From NCBI GenBank assembly GCA_039802605.1, contig JBDRWW010000007.1, forward strand, positions 14,350 through 78,349: a stretch of 64,000 nt of DNA. Direction: 5' to 3'. This DNA comes from a candidate division WOR-3 bacterium. GTDB taxonomy: Bacteria; Hydrothermota; Hydrothermia; LBFQ01. The stretch's first letter is position 1. The number at the start of each line of letters is the position of its first letter. The position numbers and the translations under genes are program-made. Under the pieces are notes generated by a model, which was given only the letters and a program-made list of their open reading frames with translations, ran no database searches and was not told where the DNA came from. Positions 20,558 to 30,790 of this stretch are shown here, in pieces.

Positions 20558-22134
20558 ATTTCACCCAAAACATCACCGTATATGGTCCCATCCCTCCCCC
20601 TCCTCAGATTGGTAATAACCAAATCCCCCTTGCCCCTAACCTTTCCCTTAACATTAAATTCGCATATCCCCTTGTCCCCCAATACCAAAACCCTGCTATT
20701 ATCCGAACTTATAAGGGTTTTCTTTGTACTTTTTAGTAGAAGAATGGGTTCTGGAAAGCCGGGTCCATAAGGTTCGAGTTCGTACTTATCCCTCCAAAAA
20801 TCGTCGCCAATTAAATCTTCGTAAAACACCTCCGCATCTATTTTTATAATTTTCTTAAAACCCCCAGGTGCAACCTTTAAGGCATAATCGTTTAAATGCT
20901 TTCTCAATTTTTCAAGTAAGTGTGTTTTTATCGTAAAACCCCCCGCCAAGGCATGACCCCCGTAATTCTCAAATATTTCACCGATTGTGTTTAAACTTTC
21001 AAAGACATTAAAGGGTTCTATTCCCCTAGCAGACCCCTTTGAAGTTTCCCCCTTAATGCTGATAACAAAGGCTGGCTTGTTAAAGGTTTCCGATAGCTTC
21101 GAAGCCACTATCCCTATTACACCTTCGTGTAATCCTTCGGCATACGCAAATACAACGGGTTCATCCGGGTTTATTTCTCTAACTAAGATTTCATATATGC
21201 GATTTTGGAGTTTTTGCCTTTCCCTGTTCAAGCTCTCTATCTCCTCCGCGAAAACCTTAACATCTTTCCCCCTAGTTTTCGTCAGCAATTCGAAGGATTT
21301 CATAGCGGTTTTTAACCTACCGGCGGCGTTAAGCCTCGGGGCTATTACAAAGGATATATGCCAAGTCTTTATAGGGGGTGATATTCCCGCCCCTTTATAT
21401 ATAGCCTTAAAACCCGCCTTTGCCGTTCCGTTGGATAAAACATTTAATCCGTGTTTAACCAAAAGTCTGTTTTCACCCAACAAAACCCCCAAGTCCGCTA
21501 TGGTGCCCACCGCCACCAAATCCATAAGGTTGTAAAGTTTGGCTTTCCAGTTTTGCAAGTCCATATGTTGGTACAAGGCGTGCGCCAACTTGAAGGCTAC
21601 CCCCACGCCCGTTAAACCCCCATTTGGATACCCTTCCGGATGGACTATTATCGTTCTCGGCACTTTGGGTGGTTTTAAATGGTGATCCGTAATTATTACA
21701 TCTATTCCCTTTGATTTTGCCTCCTCAACCTCGTTATAAGAAGAAATACCACAATCCACCGTAATAATTAAACTTACACCTTCCTCCTTGGCCTTTTTTA
21801 TAGCATTTAATGAAAATCCATAACCTTCCGAAAACCTATTTGGTATATACGGTATAACCTTAACGCCGAGATCCCTTAAAACCCTAAAAAGTAAAGCCAA
21901 AGATGTTATACCATCCGCATCGTAATCCCCATGTATTAAAATCCTCTCATCCCTTTTTATCGCAAACGAAATCCTATCAACCGCCTCGTACATCCCATCC
22001 ATTAAAAACGGGTCATATGTTTTTACCAGTGTTAAATCTTCAAACTTTACCCCCCTATTGGCCAAGATTTTTCTAAAAATTGAACCAATTGGGGCTTCCA
22101 CCTCCTCATCAAGGGGCAACACAAACTCCACCAT
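20554..22134 (-). CDS. recJ: Single-stranded DNA exonuclease RecJ
   Basis: GDYDADG, ITVDCG, TDHH, GTIAD, PRLNAAGR, GSAR, GGH. Start placed at ATG 22134. Confidence 0.95.
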   Translation of the reverse strand: MVEFVLPLDEEVEAPIGSIFRKILANRGVKFEDLTLVKTYDPFLMDGMYEAVDRISFAIKRDERILIHGDYDADGITSLALLFRVLRDLGVKVIPYIPNRFSEGYGFSLNAIKKAKEEGVSLIITVDCGISSYNEVEEAKSKGIDVIITDHHLKPPKVPRTIIVHPEGYPNGGLTGVGVAFKLAHALYQHMDLQNWKAKLYNLMDLVAVGTIADLGVLLGENRLLVKHGLNVLSNGTAKAGFKAIYKGAGISPPIKTWHISFVIAPRLNAAGRLKTAMKSFELLTKTRGKDVKVFAEEIESLNRERQKLQNRIYEILVREINPDEPVVFAYAEGLHEGVIGIVASKLSETFNKPAFVISIKGETSKGSARGIEPFNVFESLNTIGEIFENYGGHALAGGFTIKTHLLEKLRKHLNDYALKVAPGGFKKIIKIDAEVFYEDLIGDDFWRDKYELEPYGPGFPEPILLLKSTKKTLISSDNSRVLVLGDKGICEFNVKGKVRGKGDLVITNLRRGRDGTIYGDVLGEI

Positions 22135-22170
22135 AATATGGATATTATACATCCGTATAATTCCCGGACT

Positions 22171-22905
22171 ATGCTGTACATATATCCCTTTATGACCTTT
22201 GGTTCTGTTGCACTAAACCATTATAACCTTTGGGCGGATAGGGCGCGGGCCGATGGCTCTCCAATAAAAAACCAGAATTCCGCCTTCGGGATGGGTATAG
22301 GGCTTGGTTATAGGGTTCAATACCTTGAATTGGGCATAGGTTTTTCCACGCTCTACACATCCGCAACATCGAATTGGAGGGAAGGAAGTTCAAACGCATA
22401 TACGGATTACACATTAAGGCATAGCCTTTTAAGCTTTCTTATATACCTTCCCATCGGCCTCAACTACCCATTAACCGAGCAGTTTTCCGTATATTTTGGT
22501 GTTAAACCGATAATGGGTTTTTCCAATTTGTCCTGGTATGATTCCGCTTATGTGTATTTGCTGGGTCTTTCCTCCTACGGTGTCCGGGATGCCTCTTTGG
22601 GTAAGTCTTCTTTCGGCTTGGGTTTTGATTTCGGCGGGGATTTCGGTTTTTCAAGGTCATTAGCCCTATATGTCAGGTTCGGTTATGATGTTATAAACTT
22701 TAAGGGTTATGAGGGTGAATATGAGGAAAGGTTATCCGATGGTACAAGAACCAAAAAATTGGCTTACTTAGTTTTTGATACCGATAACAACACCTTGTCC
22801 GTAAAGGACAGGCCTTATGACCCGTCAAAGGGTGAAATACCCGGTGAAGAAAACCTAAGCGGTTTTAGGTTTTCGTTGGGTATAAAGGTGGGTATTGGTA
22901 GATGA
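22171..22905 (+). CDS. Putative outer-membrane beta-barrel protein
   Basis: Amphipathic beta strands and C-terminal GFRFSLGIKVGI. Start placed at ATG 22171, 9 nt after TATAAT. Confidence 0.65.
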   Translation: MLYIYPFMTFGSVALNHYNLWADRARADGSPIKNQNSAFGMGIGLGYRVQYLELGIGFSTLYTSATSNWREGSSNAYTDYTLRHSLLSFLIYLPIGLNYPLTEQFSVYFGVKPIMGFSNLSWYDSAYVYLLGLSSYGVRDASLGKSSFGLGFDFGGDFGFSRSLALYVRFGYDVINFKGYEGEYEERLSDGTRTKKLAYLVFDTDNNTLSVKDRPYDPSKGEIPGEENLSGFRFSLGIKVGIGR

Positions 22906-24158
22906 GGGTTTTGGTTGTGGGTAAGGGGGGAAGGGAGAGTGCCATAGTTTGGAAGTTGTTTCAATCCCCTATCAAAAAGGAGATTTACACGGCCCCCGGA
23001 AATCCCTTCACTTTGAGGTTTGGAAAGAATGTGAAAATTGAAGAAGAAAATGTTGAATCTCTGGTCAAGTTTGCAAAGGATGAAAAAATAGACATCGTTT
23101 TTCCGGGAGGGGAAACCGGTATAGCCTTGGGTATAGCGGACGAATGCGAGAAGAACGGCATAAAGGTTGTGGCACCCAAGAAACATGTCGCAAAACTTGA
23201 AAGTAGTAAGGTTTGGGCAAAGGATTTTATGAGAAGATACGGTATTCCCACGGCCGATTTTGAGTATTTCCATAAGGATGAGGTTGAGGAAGCGTTTAGG
23301 TTTTGTGAGAATGTCGAATATCCTGTGGTTATAAAGGCCGATGGGCTTGCCGGAGGTAAGGGTACATTTATAGCCAAAAACTTTAAGGAGGCTTTGAAAA
23401 TAGTTGAAGATTTACTGGTTAAATCAAAATTCGGTAGGGCATCCGAAAGTATAGTCATAGAAAGGTTTTTAAGGGGGGAAGAGGTTTCCGTGTTTGTAAT
23501 ATCGGACGGGAAAGAATGGGATGTTTTTGCCTATGCGAGGGATTTTAAGAGGTTGTACGATAACGATGAGGGTCCAAACACCGGGGGAATGGGATCCATA
23601 GCGCCCGTTAAATTGGATAATGAAACGGAAAGTTTAATAAGGGAAAACATCATACAAAGAACCTTTGAGGGTTTGAACAAAGAGGGTTTGAGGTATAGGG
23701 GAATATTGTATTTTGGACTTATGATAACCGATAACGGCCCATTTGTTTTGGAGTACAATGTAAGGTTTGGGGATCCGGAAACGCAGGCCATATTACCCCT
23801 GATAGAGGGAGATCTCCTTGAGGCCTTGCTACTAGTTGCCGATGGGAACTACAAGAAATCCACATTAAGGGTTAAGGAAAACCTATATTCCTGTTGTGTT
23901 GTTTTGGCATCCAGGGGTTATCCGGAAAATCCGGAGAAGGGGAAAGAAATTAAAGGGGTTTCCGACGCGGAAAGGATTTCCCTTGTATTCTTTGCGGGTG
24001 TTGAGGAAAAAGATGGTAGGTTATACACATCCGGTGGTAGGGTTCTATCGGTGGTGGGTTTGGGTGAGAGTAAGGAAGAGGCCAGGTCTAGGGCGTATGA
24101 AGGGGTTTCAAAAATACACTTTGAAGGTATGCATTATAGAAGGGACATAAATTGGTAA
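22902..24158 (+). CDS. purD: Phosphoribosylamine--glycine ligase
   Basis: GKGGRE, KADGLAGGKG, GPNTGGMG, EYNVRFGDPE, GGRVL. Confidence 0.96.
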   Translation: MRVLVVGKGGRESAIVWKLFQSPIKKEIYTAPGNPFTLRFGKNVKIEEENVESLVKFAKDEKIDIVFPGGETGIALGIADECEKNGIKVVAPKKHVAKLESSKVWAKDFMRRYGIPTADFEYFHKDEVEEAFRFCENVEYPVVIKADGLAGGKGTFIAKNFKEALKIVEDLLVKSKFGRASESIVIERFLRGEEVSVFVISDGKEWDVFAYARDFKRLYDNDEGPNTGGMGSIAPVKLDNETESLIRENIIQRTFEGLNKEGLRYRGILYFGLMITDNGPFVLEYNVRFGDPETQAILPLIEGDLLEALLLVADGNYKKSTLRVKENLYSCCVVLASRGYPENPEKGKEIKGVSDAERISLVFFAGVEEKDGRLYTSGGRVLSVVGLGESKEEARSRAYEGVSKIHFEGMHYRRDINW

Positions 24159-24511
24159 ACAAATTTTGGGGCCTGTTTTTGGTTTTTATAATCCTTCTCG
24201 TTGTAAGGTTTGTACCGGAGCAATCCGTTGTTTGTTTTTACAGAGAATTAACGAATATTCCGGATGGTGGTTGTGGAACATTGAGGTCTTTAAAAAGCCT
24301 TGCGGTCCTTGACATCCTTTCATCCTTTAACTATAACCCCTTGGTCCCCTTTATACTCCTGTTTATCGCCGCTTTTCCATTTATTAGCGAGAAAATGAGG
24401 ATGCCGTTTATAACCTTTATACTTTTGTCATTTTTTATCCTTACCGTTTTAAGGTTTTACCTACACATCAAAGGTATCCGCATACCGGTAATATACCCCC
24501 CTAATCTATGA
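24152..24511 (+). CDS. DUF2752-like small membrane protein
   Basis: C...GGCGTLRS...YNP motif with 3 TM helices. Confidence 0.7.
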   Translation: MVNKFWGLFLVFIILLVVRFVPEQSVVCFYRELTNIPDGGCGTLRSLKSLAVLDILSSFNYNPLVPFILLFIAAFPFISEKMRMPFITFILLSFFILTVLRFYLHIKGIRIPVIYPPNL

Positions 24512-25142
24512 GTATTCCCAAACCCAAACCCAGGTCAAATATTATTCCTCCAAGGGCGGTTGATGGCCCTCTTACCCTTCCAACCCCCTTTATTTCCCAA
24601 GGGAATTTGTAAATTGGTAGAATATATCCAACCCCTCCGGATAAAAATAAAACCCATTTTTTCTTTGTAAATACCCGTAAGTAAGGTGCCAAAACAAGGG
24701 ATTCCCTGTTTAGATCCATAATACTTCCCGGATTACTCAAAAGCGAATCAAAATCCACAACATTTTTACCCACGATTAAATCCACTTGCGACTTGCCTAT
24801 ACCTATTTGTGGTAGAAATTTTATATCCTTAAAGTCAAAGTATTTTCCAAATGAAAGGTACCAGCAACTGCCTCCAAAACCCACAAGGTTTGAGGAATTG
24901 TAATAGTTCCTATGCCATAGGTTTAAATTCCGCTTGGATACAAAATACCTTTTTGCAAAAATCCCCAACTCTCCGGATGTGAATATGTTAAACGGCGAAA
25001 CGCTTGGATAACCAGAGTTTTGAAGGTGTTTGTTGAGATCATTAACATTAACCGTACTTCCACCCAATGACATAAAATAAGCCACACCCCAACCACCAAA
25101 AACCGAGAAGAATTTCCCTACTAATTGGGATATACCGAACAT
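24501..25142 (-). CDS. Putative outer-membrane beta-barrel protein (paralog of 19949..20557)
   Basis: Gly/aromatic beta strands and C-terminal GIIFDLGLGLG. Confidence 0.6.
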   Translation of the reverse strand: MFGISQLVGKFFSVFGGWGVAYFMSLGGSTVNVNDLNKHLQNSGYPSVSPFNIFTSGELGIFAKRYFVSKRNLNLWHRNYYNSSNLVGFGGSCWYLSFGKYFDFKDIKFLPQIGIGKSQVDLIVGKNVVDFDSLLSNPGSIMDLNRESLVLAPYLRVFTKKKWVLFLSGGVGYILPIYKFPWEIKGVGRVRGPSTALGGIIFDLGLGLGILID

Positions 25143-25148
25143 TTCACA

Positions 25149-25637
25149 TTAATCTCCCCTTTTGCCCATTTCCACATCAAGCAAGAGTATCGCCGATGGG
25201 CTATTTCCCGCCAATTCCAACCTACCCACGACTTCGGATGTTATTTTCTCCTCTTCAACCTGTTCTTTTGCAAACCATTGAAGCATTTCAAAGGCCGCGT
25301 GATCGTTATATTCCCTTGCCAATTGTATGATTTCGTATATTAGGGAAGTTATCTTCCTCTCGTGTTCGTAGGCATCTTTGAAGGCTTTCAAAGGGCTTTC
25401 CCATTCATTAGGAGGCGCAGGGATTTCTCCCAATTCAACCTTTTCGTTTCTGTCAAGCAAGTGGTCAAAAAACTTCATAGCATGCTCAATCTCTTCTCTT
25501 GCCTGTATCCTTAACCACTTTGAAAATCCCGTAAGGTTTAAATTCTCAAAGTATGCACTCATAGAGAGGTACAGGTATGCCGAATAGAACTCATTCACTA
25601 TTTGTTCGTTAAACTTTTTTCGCAGCTCCTCTTTCAT
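25149..25637 (-). CDS. ftnA: Non-heme ferritin
   Basis: NEQIVNEFYSAYLYLSM, EEIEHAMK, EHE, QWFAKEQVEEE. Start placed at ATG 25637. Confidence 0.95.
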   Translation of the reverse strand: MKEELRKKFNEQIVNEFYSAYLYLSMSAYFENLNLTGFSKWLRIQAREEIEHAMKFFDHLLDRNEKVELGEIPAPPNEWESPLKAFKDAYEHERKITSLIYEIIQLAREYNDHAAFEMLQWFAKEQVEEEKITSEVVGRLELAGNSPSAILLLDVEMGKRGD

Positions 25638-25681
25638 ACTTAGGTATTCTAAGGTTGTTTCAACTTTAAAATTTTCGGTGG

Positions 25682-27259
25682 ATGCGGATAGACGATATTT
25701 TAAGATTTTTGGAAATTGAAACCGGGAATAAGGTTTTAACAATTTCGGAAAATATATTTGAGGTTGGCGATGTTAGGGTTGAGATAAGGGATAGAGGTAT
25801 CGTTATACAAAGCGTACCCTTTCCCGAGGTCTTACCCCATATCGCCTTTACGAATAATGGATGGCGTTTAAGGTTTTTTTCAACCAATCTATCCTCGGTT
25901 CCGCAAAAACCACTTTTAAGAGAAATTGAGGACAACGGGTTAAAAGATTTATTTTTACCGTTTTTTCAAGGGGGCTTTACCATAACCTTCGTTAAGGAGA
26001 ATTTGCAGGTTTATAGCGTTGATGAACTTCTAAGAAAGTTAAAAGTCCCGGCAATTGAACCTTCGCTTTATTCCTTTTTAGAAATCCGGTATGAAGGCGG
26101 AAGATTACCAGAGGCATTTTTAAAAATCCTTAGATTCCTCAGGAAAACTTATACGGATTTCCTACCGCCGAGAAGGGAAAGGATGGAGAAAATAGTTAGG
26201 GCTTTGGATTTGAGGGTTTATAAGGCCGTTGGTGTTGAATGGATAGAGGCGGATGGTAAATTCGGCAAGTTGATTATTTCCCGCGAAGTTGGTGGGAATT
26301 CCTACGGAATATTTTTAAACAAACCATTAAACTTTGGGAAAAATTTGTTTAAGATTTCTAAGGATTTTGGAAACGCCCCGTTCACATGCGGTGCCATACC
26401 CGATACGTTGGGCGACTATGTGTTTTTGGGATACGATACGGATATTAATTCGGTTTTGGAAAAATTGGAAGAAATTTCGGAAGAAAAGACCACAATATAT
26501 TTTGAGGGATTAACGGAAAAGGAGGAAGAAGTCATCAACCTATTAAACAAGTATGGCAGCGTTTTGCTCGTAGGACCACCGGGGACGGGTAAAACATATA
26601 CGGCGAGAAGGGTTGCAGAATATTTGGCGGGTTTGGGGGGTGAGGGGTGGATATTGGTTCAAGCATCCCCTTCCTTTGAATACGAAAACTTTGTAGAGGG
26701 GTTAAAGCCCGTTGAATCAAATGGTATAATAAACTTTAAGGTTGTTGAAGGTCCATTTTTAAAAATGGTTAATAGGGCATTAAACGAGAGGAATAAGAAA
26801 TTTGTCGTTATAATTGATGAAATAAACAGGGGAAATGCCGCCGCACTGTTGGGGGAAATCCTTTACGCCGTTGAATACAGGGAAAGCCCGGTAATAAGAC
26901 CGTATTCCTCAAAGCCCCTGGTTATACCCAAAAACCTTTTCATAATAGCCACCCTGAACGAAAGGGATACAAACATAGTAAAACTGGATCAGGCTATACT
27001 CAGGAGATTCCCCATAGTTAGGTTTGAACCTTCAAGGGAATATTTAAAGATGTTTTTGGTTGAAAGGGGTTGGAATGAGGGGGATATTGAAATGGCTTTG
27101 GGGGTTTTCGAAAGGGTAAATCAACTTACGGGAAATTCCGTTGGACATACATATTTCTTTGCGGAGGGTTTGGACGAATTTTATGAAAAACTTGAATACT
27201 TTATAAAGCCTATGCTCAAAATACACTTCGGCATAAACCCCGAGGAGTTGGGTATTTAA
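25682..27259 (+). CDS. McrB-family AAA+ GTPase with unknown N-terminal region
   Basis: GPPGTGKT, FEYENFVEG, IIDEINRGN, GEILYAVEYR, NxxD motif (TLNERD), LDQAILRRF, GHTYF. Confidence 0.85.
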   Translation: MRIDDILRFLEIETGNKVLTISENIFEVGDVRVEIRDRGIVIQSVPFPEVLPHIAFTNNGWRLRFFSTNLSSVPQKPLLREIEDNGLKDLFLPFFQGGFTITFVKENLQVYSVDELLRKLKVPAIEPSLYSFLEIRYEGGRLPEAFLKILRFLRKTYTDFLPPRRERMEKIVRALDLRVYKAVGVEWIEADGKFGKLIISREVGGNSYGIFLNKPLNFGKNLFKISKDFGNAPFTCGAIPDTLGDYVFLGYDTDINSVLEKLEEISEEKTTIYFEGLTEKEEEVINLLNKYGSVLLVGPPGTGKTYTARRVAEYLAGLGGEGWILVQASPSFEYENFVEGLKPVESNGIINFKVVEGPFLKMVNRALNERNKKFVVIIDEINRGNAAALLGEILYAVEYRESPVIRPYSSKPLVIPKNLFIIATLNERDTNIVKLDQAILRRFPIVRFEPSREYLKMFLVERGWNEGDIEMALGVFERVNQLTGNSVGHTYFFAEGLDEFYEKLEYFIKPMLKIHFGINPEELGI

Positions 27260-27281
27260 TTTCAACCTTAAAATCCCTAAC

Positions 27282-29195
27282 TTGTTGGGTTGGTATCTCT
27301 GGACTAATACCGAGAATTTGTTGGATGTTTGTAAAAAGAATGATACTTTTTATTTGGCAACACCTGGGGGTTTGATAAAAACCTTAGGTGATAGTATAGT
27401 AAAGATATACTCAAAGGTTGATGGGATAAACACGGCGGAAGTTTTATCCGTTTCTTGTGAAAACGGATTGTGGATTTTAACGGGGGCGGGATTACAATAT
27501 TTTGACAACGGTAAGTTTAAAACCTTGGATTTAATAGCATTTGAAAACCCCGAAGAAATATTAAGTGGAAGCAAAATAAGGATAAGGGGCGAGTATATGT
27601 TTATCCTTGGGAAGACTAAGGTTATGGTTTATCGCTTTACCGATTCCGCAGAGGTCCCCATAAATATAAGATTTACCAAACCAAAGTTTTTGGAAATTTT
27701 CAACGATTCCCTACTGATAGGCGATACATTGGGGTTTTATAAGGTTAAGTATGATGAGTTTTACCTAAGCGCGTGGGATACGGTTTTTATGGGTAGGCCG
27801 GTTTTATCCGCCGTAAAACACCCGAATTTTGGGTGGATAATGGGTACGGATAGCGGTATACTTGATACCCTTGGAAACACCCTTTTCCTTCCCGGAAAGA
27901 TTATAAGGTTTATGGCTTTAAGGGGTGATACTATATATCTTGCTACGGATTCGGCGGTTTATAACCTATCCCCCCATTCATATACCCCAAACAGGATTAA
28001 AGACGGTTATGCGGGTTTCCTATCCCCCTGGTTTTTCGGCATTGGTAGAATAAACGCCCCTTATTATATGTTTGGGTACGGAATATATGAAATCCCATCT
28101 TTGCAAAAGTTGGAAAGCCGGGGATTACCGTACACAACTCTGACAGGGGTTATAACCCTTGGGGATAGTGTGATCGTATGCGGGAGGGGAGGGGCAAATG
28201 CCTGTGCGGTTTGGCCGTCCGGAAACACTTTTGGATTCGGTTTAACGAATTTTGTAAGGAAACACAAGGATAAAATATTTTTCGGTTTAAACGGCGGTGG
28301 ATTGGTGATTACGGATAGTCTATTTACGGATACCGTTATAATAACCGCTTCGCAACTAGGTGGATTTGGATATGTTTTTGATATGGCGGTTTTGAAGGAT
28401 ACCGTTTACTTTGTGTCTTGGGAACCATTTGGAAATTCAAAGGTTTTTAAGCTCGTGGATACGATACCTTATGAAACCGGAATAGTGGATTATGCCACAT
28501 CTATCCTGTTTTCAACCGGTGATAGGTTAATATTGTGTGGGCAAAGCGTTTGCAAGATATATTATGATGATTTAACCCCTTATGGTTCCATAAGCGTCCA
28601 GGCCAATGTGGTTTATTCCTTTGGAGATACTTTACTTTTTGGAACCAATAAAGGTGTGGAGATGTATTCCCTTAAAACACTCGGATATATCGGCAAAATT
28701 CTTGATAATTATACCATAACGGGCTTATGGGTAGGAATGGATGGTAGGATCTGGGCATCGGGGAGTATGGGATTATCGGAATATGACGAAAAGAACCTCC
28801 GTATTTTCTCTCCTACAAATTCCCCTTTACCCGGTATATCGGTTTCCCCAAGCGCATTGTACCCTTTGAGATTTACCCTTTTCGGTGATGTTGAAAGAGG
28901 TAGGTTGATAATCTTAACGGAAAAAGGGGTGGCTTTCTTTGAGGATACCTCAATCGTATCGGGTTGGTGGGATAATTTGGTGATATATCCAAATCCTGCG
29001 GGTAAGGGTAAAACCGTAAGGATAAAAAACTGTCCAAATGGTGCAAACCTTTATATATTCACGCATTTCGGAAAGAGGGTTAAGAATGTAAAGGGTTGTT
29101 CTTTTAAAAACGATTTACCACTGGGTTTGTATGTGGTTATCGTGGAATACAACGGAAGGAGAAAACCTTTAAAGGTGGTACTTTTAGATAGATGA
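27282..29195 (+). CDS. Beta-propeller protein with T9SS-type C-terminal domain (PorZ-like)
   Basis: Repeated LATPGGL, FGTNKGV and ILTEKGV propeller blades. C-terminal VIYPNP...GLYVV...KVVL. Confidence 0.7.
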   Translation: MLGWYLWTNTENLLDVCKKNDTFYLATPGGLIKTLGDSIVKIYSKVDGINTAEVLSVSCENGLWILTGAGLQYFDNGKFKTLDLIAFENPEEILSGSKIRIRGEYMFILGKTKVMVYRFTDSAEVPINIRFTKPKFLEIFNDSLLIGDTLGFYKVKYDEFYLSAWDTVFMGRPVLSAVKHPNFGWIMGTDSGILDTLGNTLFLPGKIIRFMALRGDTIYLATDSAVYNLSPHSYTPNRIKDGYAGFLSPWFFGIGRINAPYYMFGYGIYEIPSLQKLESRGLPYTTLTGVITLGDSVIVCGRGGANACAVWPSGNTFGFGLTNFVRKHKDKIFFGLNGGGLVITDSLFTDTVIITASQLGGFGYVFDMAVLKDTVYFVSWEPFGNSKVFKLVDTIPYETGIVDYATSILFSTGDRLILCGQSVCKIYYDDLTPYGSISVQANVVYSFGDTLLFGTNKGVEMYSLKTLGYIGKILDNYTITGLWVGMDGRIWASGSMGLSEYDEKNLRIFSPTNSPLPGISVSPSALYPLRFTLFGDVERGRLIILTEKGVAFFEDTSIVSGWWDNLVIYPNPAGKGKTVRIKNCPNGANLYIFTHFGKRVKNVKGCSFKNDLPLGLYVVIVEYNGRRKPLKVVLLDR

Positions 29196-30790
29196 CTTAT
29201 AGGAGGGTTATATTCGTTTTTGGGTTATGTTTGTTGAGTTTTTTATTTACATTGTTTGTGTATATCAATAGGATTTCCGACGAGTCCTTAAAGGGCAAGG
29301 ATGTTGAAAATTATAGGAAGGTTATAGGAATGGGTAATATAAGGGGTAGGTTTTTGGATGCCGATGGGAAATTTTTAACAGACTTAGAGGTGAATTACAA
29401 TGTTATACAACTAAATTCCCGCACGGGAGAACACTTAAAGGAAAGAGTGTTGATGGAGAAAATTTTGGGTAAAAAACTCGAATTTAAGGAGTATAAGTTC
29501 TTGGGGTATTCGGAAATTAGAGGGATTTCACAAGAAGATGTTTATAAACTTATGAGGAATAAGTATAGGTTAAAAACCGTTATTTTTGTTCCAAGTGTTA
29601 AAAGGAAACTGGTTTGCAAGGAGTGTTTCCACATAATAGGTAGTGTATCTTCGGATGGTATTGGGCTTGGAGGGCTTGAAAGACTTTACGATAAATCCCT
29701 TAGGGGAAAATTCGGAAATATAATCATCGAGAGCGATGCGTTGGGGAATGTCGTTTCAACCCCATATATGGATATAAACCTATTACCCCGGGATGTGAAA
29801 TTAACCCTTAGGTATGATTTGTTTCTACTGGCAGATAGCCTTTTCAAAAATTACGATAGGGGGGCTGTATTCATGTTTAACCCCAAAAACGGTTATGTGT
29901 ATCTTTCATACTCAAAACCCTCACCCATTGACACAACTGACCCCTCTTATGCACCACTATTAAACAGGGCACTATCCGGCTTGTATCCTCCGGGTTCAAC
30001 ATTCAAACCTCTAATAGCCCTATTGTCTTTAAAATACGGGGTAATTGATACCGGTTTCGGTGTGTCGTGTAAGGGAGCCATATCCGTGGGTAATAGGGTT
30101 TTTAAGTGTTGGAGTGTTCACGGATATGTTAAAATTGAGAGAGCCATCTCCCATTCTTGCAATGTGTTTTTTTATAATGTGGGTGGTAGGTTCGGGGCGG
30201 GGAGGATTTTAAATGCCTTAAAGGAAACGGGATTATTTAACAGGAGATTTACAAATTTATTGGAAGAGGTTCCATCCCGGATACCCGTAAAGGCCATATA
30301 TTTGGGAACGGCCTTAAACATAGCCATAGGGCAGGGGGAGGTTTTGGTTACTCCGGTTTTTATGGCGGTTGAGGCGGGTTTGATAGGGAACGGTGGGTGG
30401 GTGGTTTTGCCGAGGTTCTCCAACTTTGAAAGACAGGAAACCCTAAAAGTCATGGCTCCGGAATGGGCTTATGATATTGTTAAAAGGGGGATGTTAAAGG
30501 TTGTTGAAGAGGGTACGGCATATTATTCACGAATTCAGGGTTTTCAATTTGGTGGAAAAACCGGTACCGCCCAAAACCCTCATGGGGAAGACCATTCCCT
30601 TTTCATAGCCTTTGCCCCCTATGATGACCCAGAGGTTGCAATAGCTGTGGTTGTTGAAAACGCCGGACACGGGAGTTCCGCCGCGGCACCCATAGCCTCC
30701 GCTTTAATAAGGCATTTTTTCAACCTTAAAATAACAAGAGATGAGAAGGTTTATATTACTTCTTATCCCCTTAATTCTGAGTTGTGGTAG
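29192..30790 (+). CDS. mrdA: Penicillin-binding protein 2 (class B transpeptidase)
   Basis: N-terminal TM, PGSTFK (SxxK), SCN (SxN), GKTGTAQ. Confidence 0.9.
   Translation: MTYRRVIFVFGLCLLSFLFTLFVYINRISDESLKGKDVENYRKVIGMGNIRGRFLDADGKFLTDLEVNYNVIQLNSRTGEHLKERVLMEKILGKKLEFKEYKFLGYSEIRGISQEDVYKLMRNKYRLKTVIFVPSVKRKLVCKECFHIIGSVSSDGIGLGGLERLYDKSLRGKFGNIIIESDALGNVVSTPYMDINLLPRDVKLTLRYDLFLLADSLFKNYDRGAVFMFNPKNGYVYLSYSKPSPIDTTDPSYAPLLNRALSGLYPPGSTFKPLIALLSLKYGVIDTGFGVSCKGAISVGNRVFKCWSVHGYVKIERAISHSCNVFFYNVGGRFGAGRILNALKETGLFNRRFTNLLEEVPSRIPVKAIYLGTALNIAIGQGEVLVTPVFMAVEAGLIGNGGWVVLPRFSNFERQETLKVMAPEWAYDIVKRGMLKVVEEGTAYYSRIQGFQFGGKTGTAQNPHGEDHSLFIAFAPYDDPEVAIAVVVENAGHGSSAAAPIASALIRHFFNLKITRDEKVYITSYPLNSELW

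Noticed and set aside
25637..25742. N-terminal extensions given by the ORF track for ferritin (also recJ, 22138 and 961)
   Set aside because: They overlap divergent genes or promoters. Homology and the -10 box point to the downstream ATGs.
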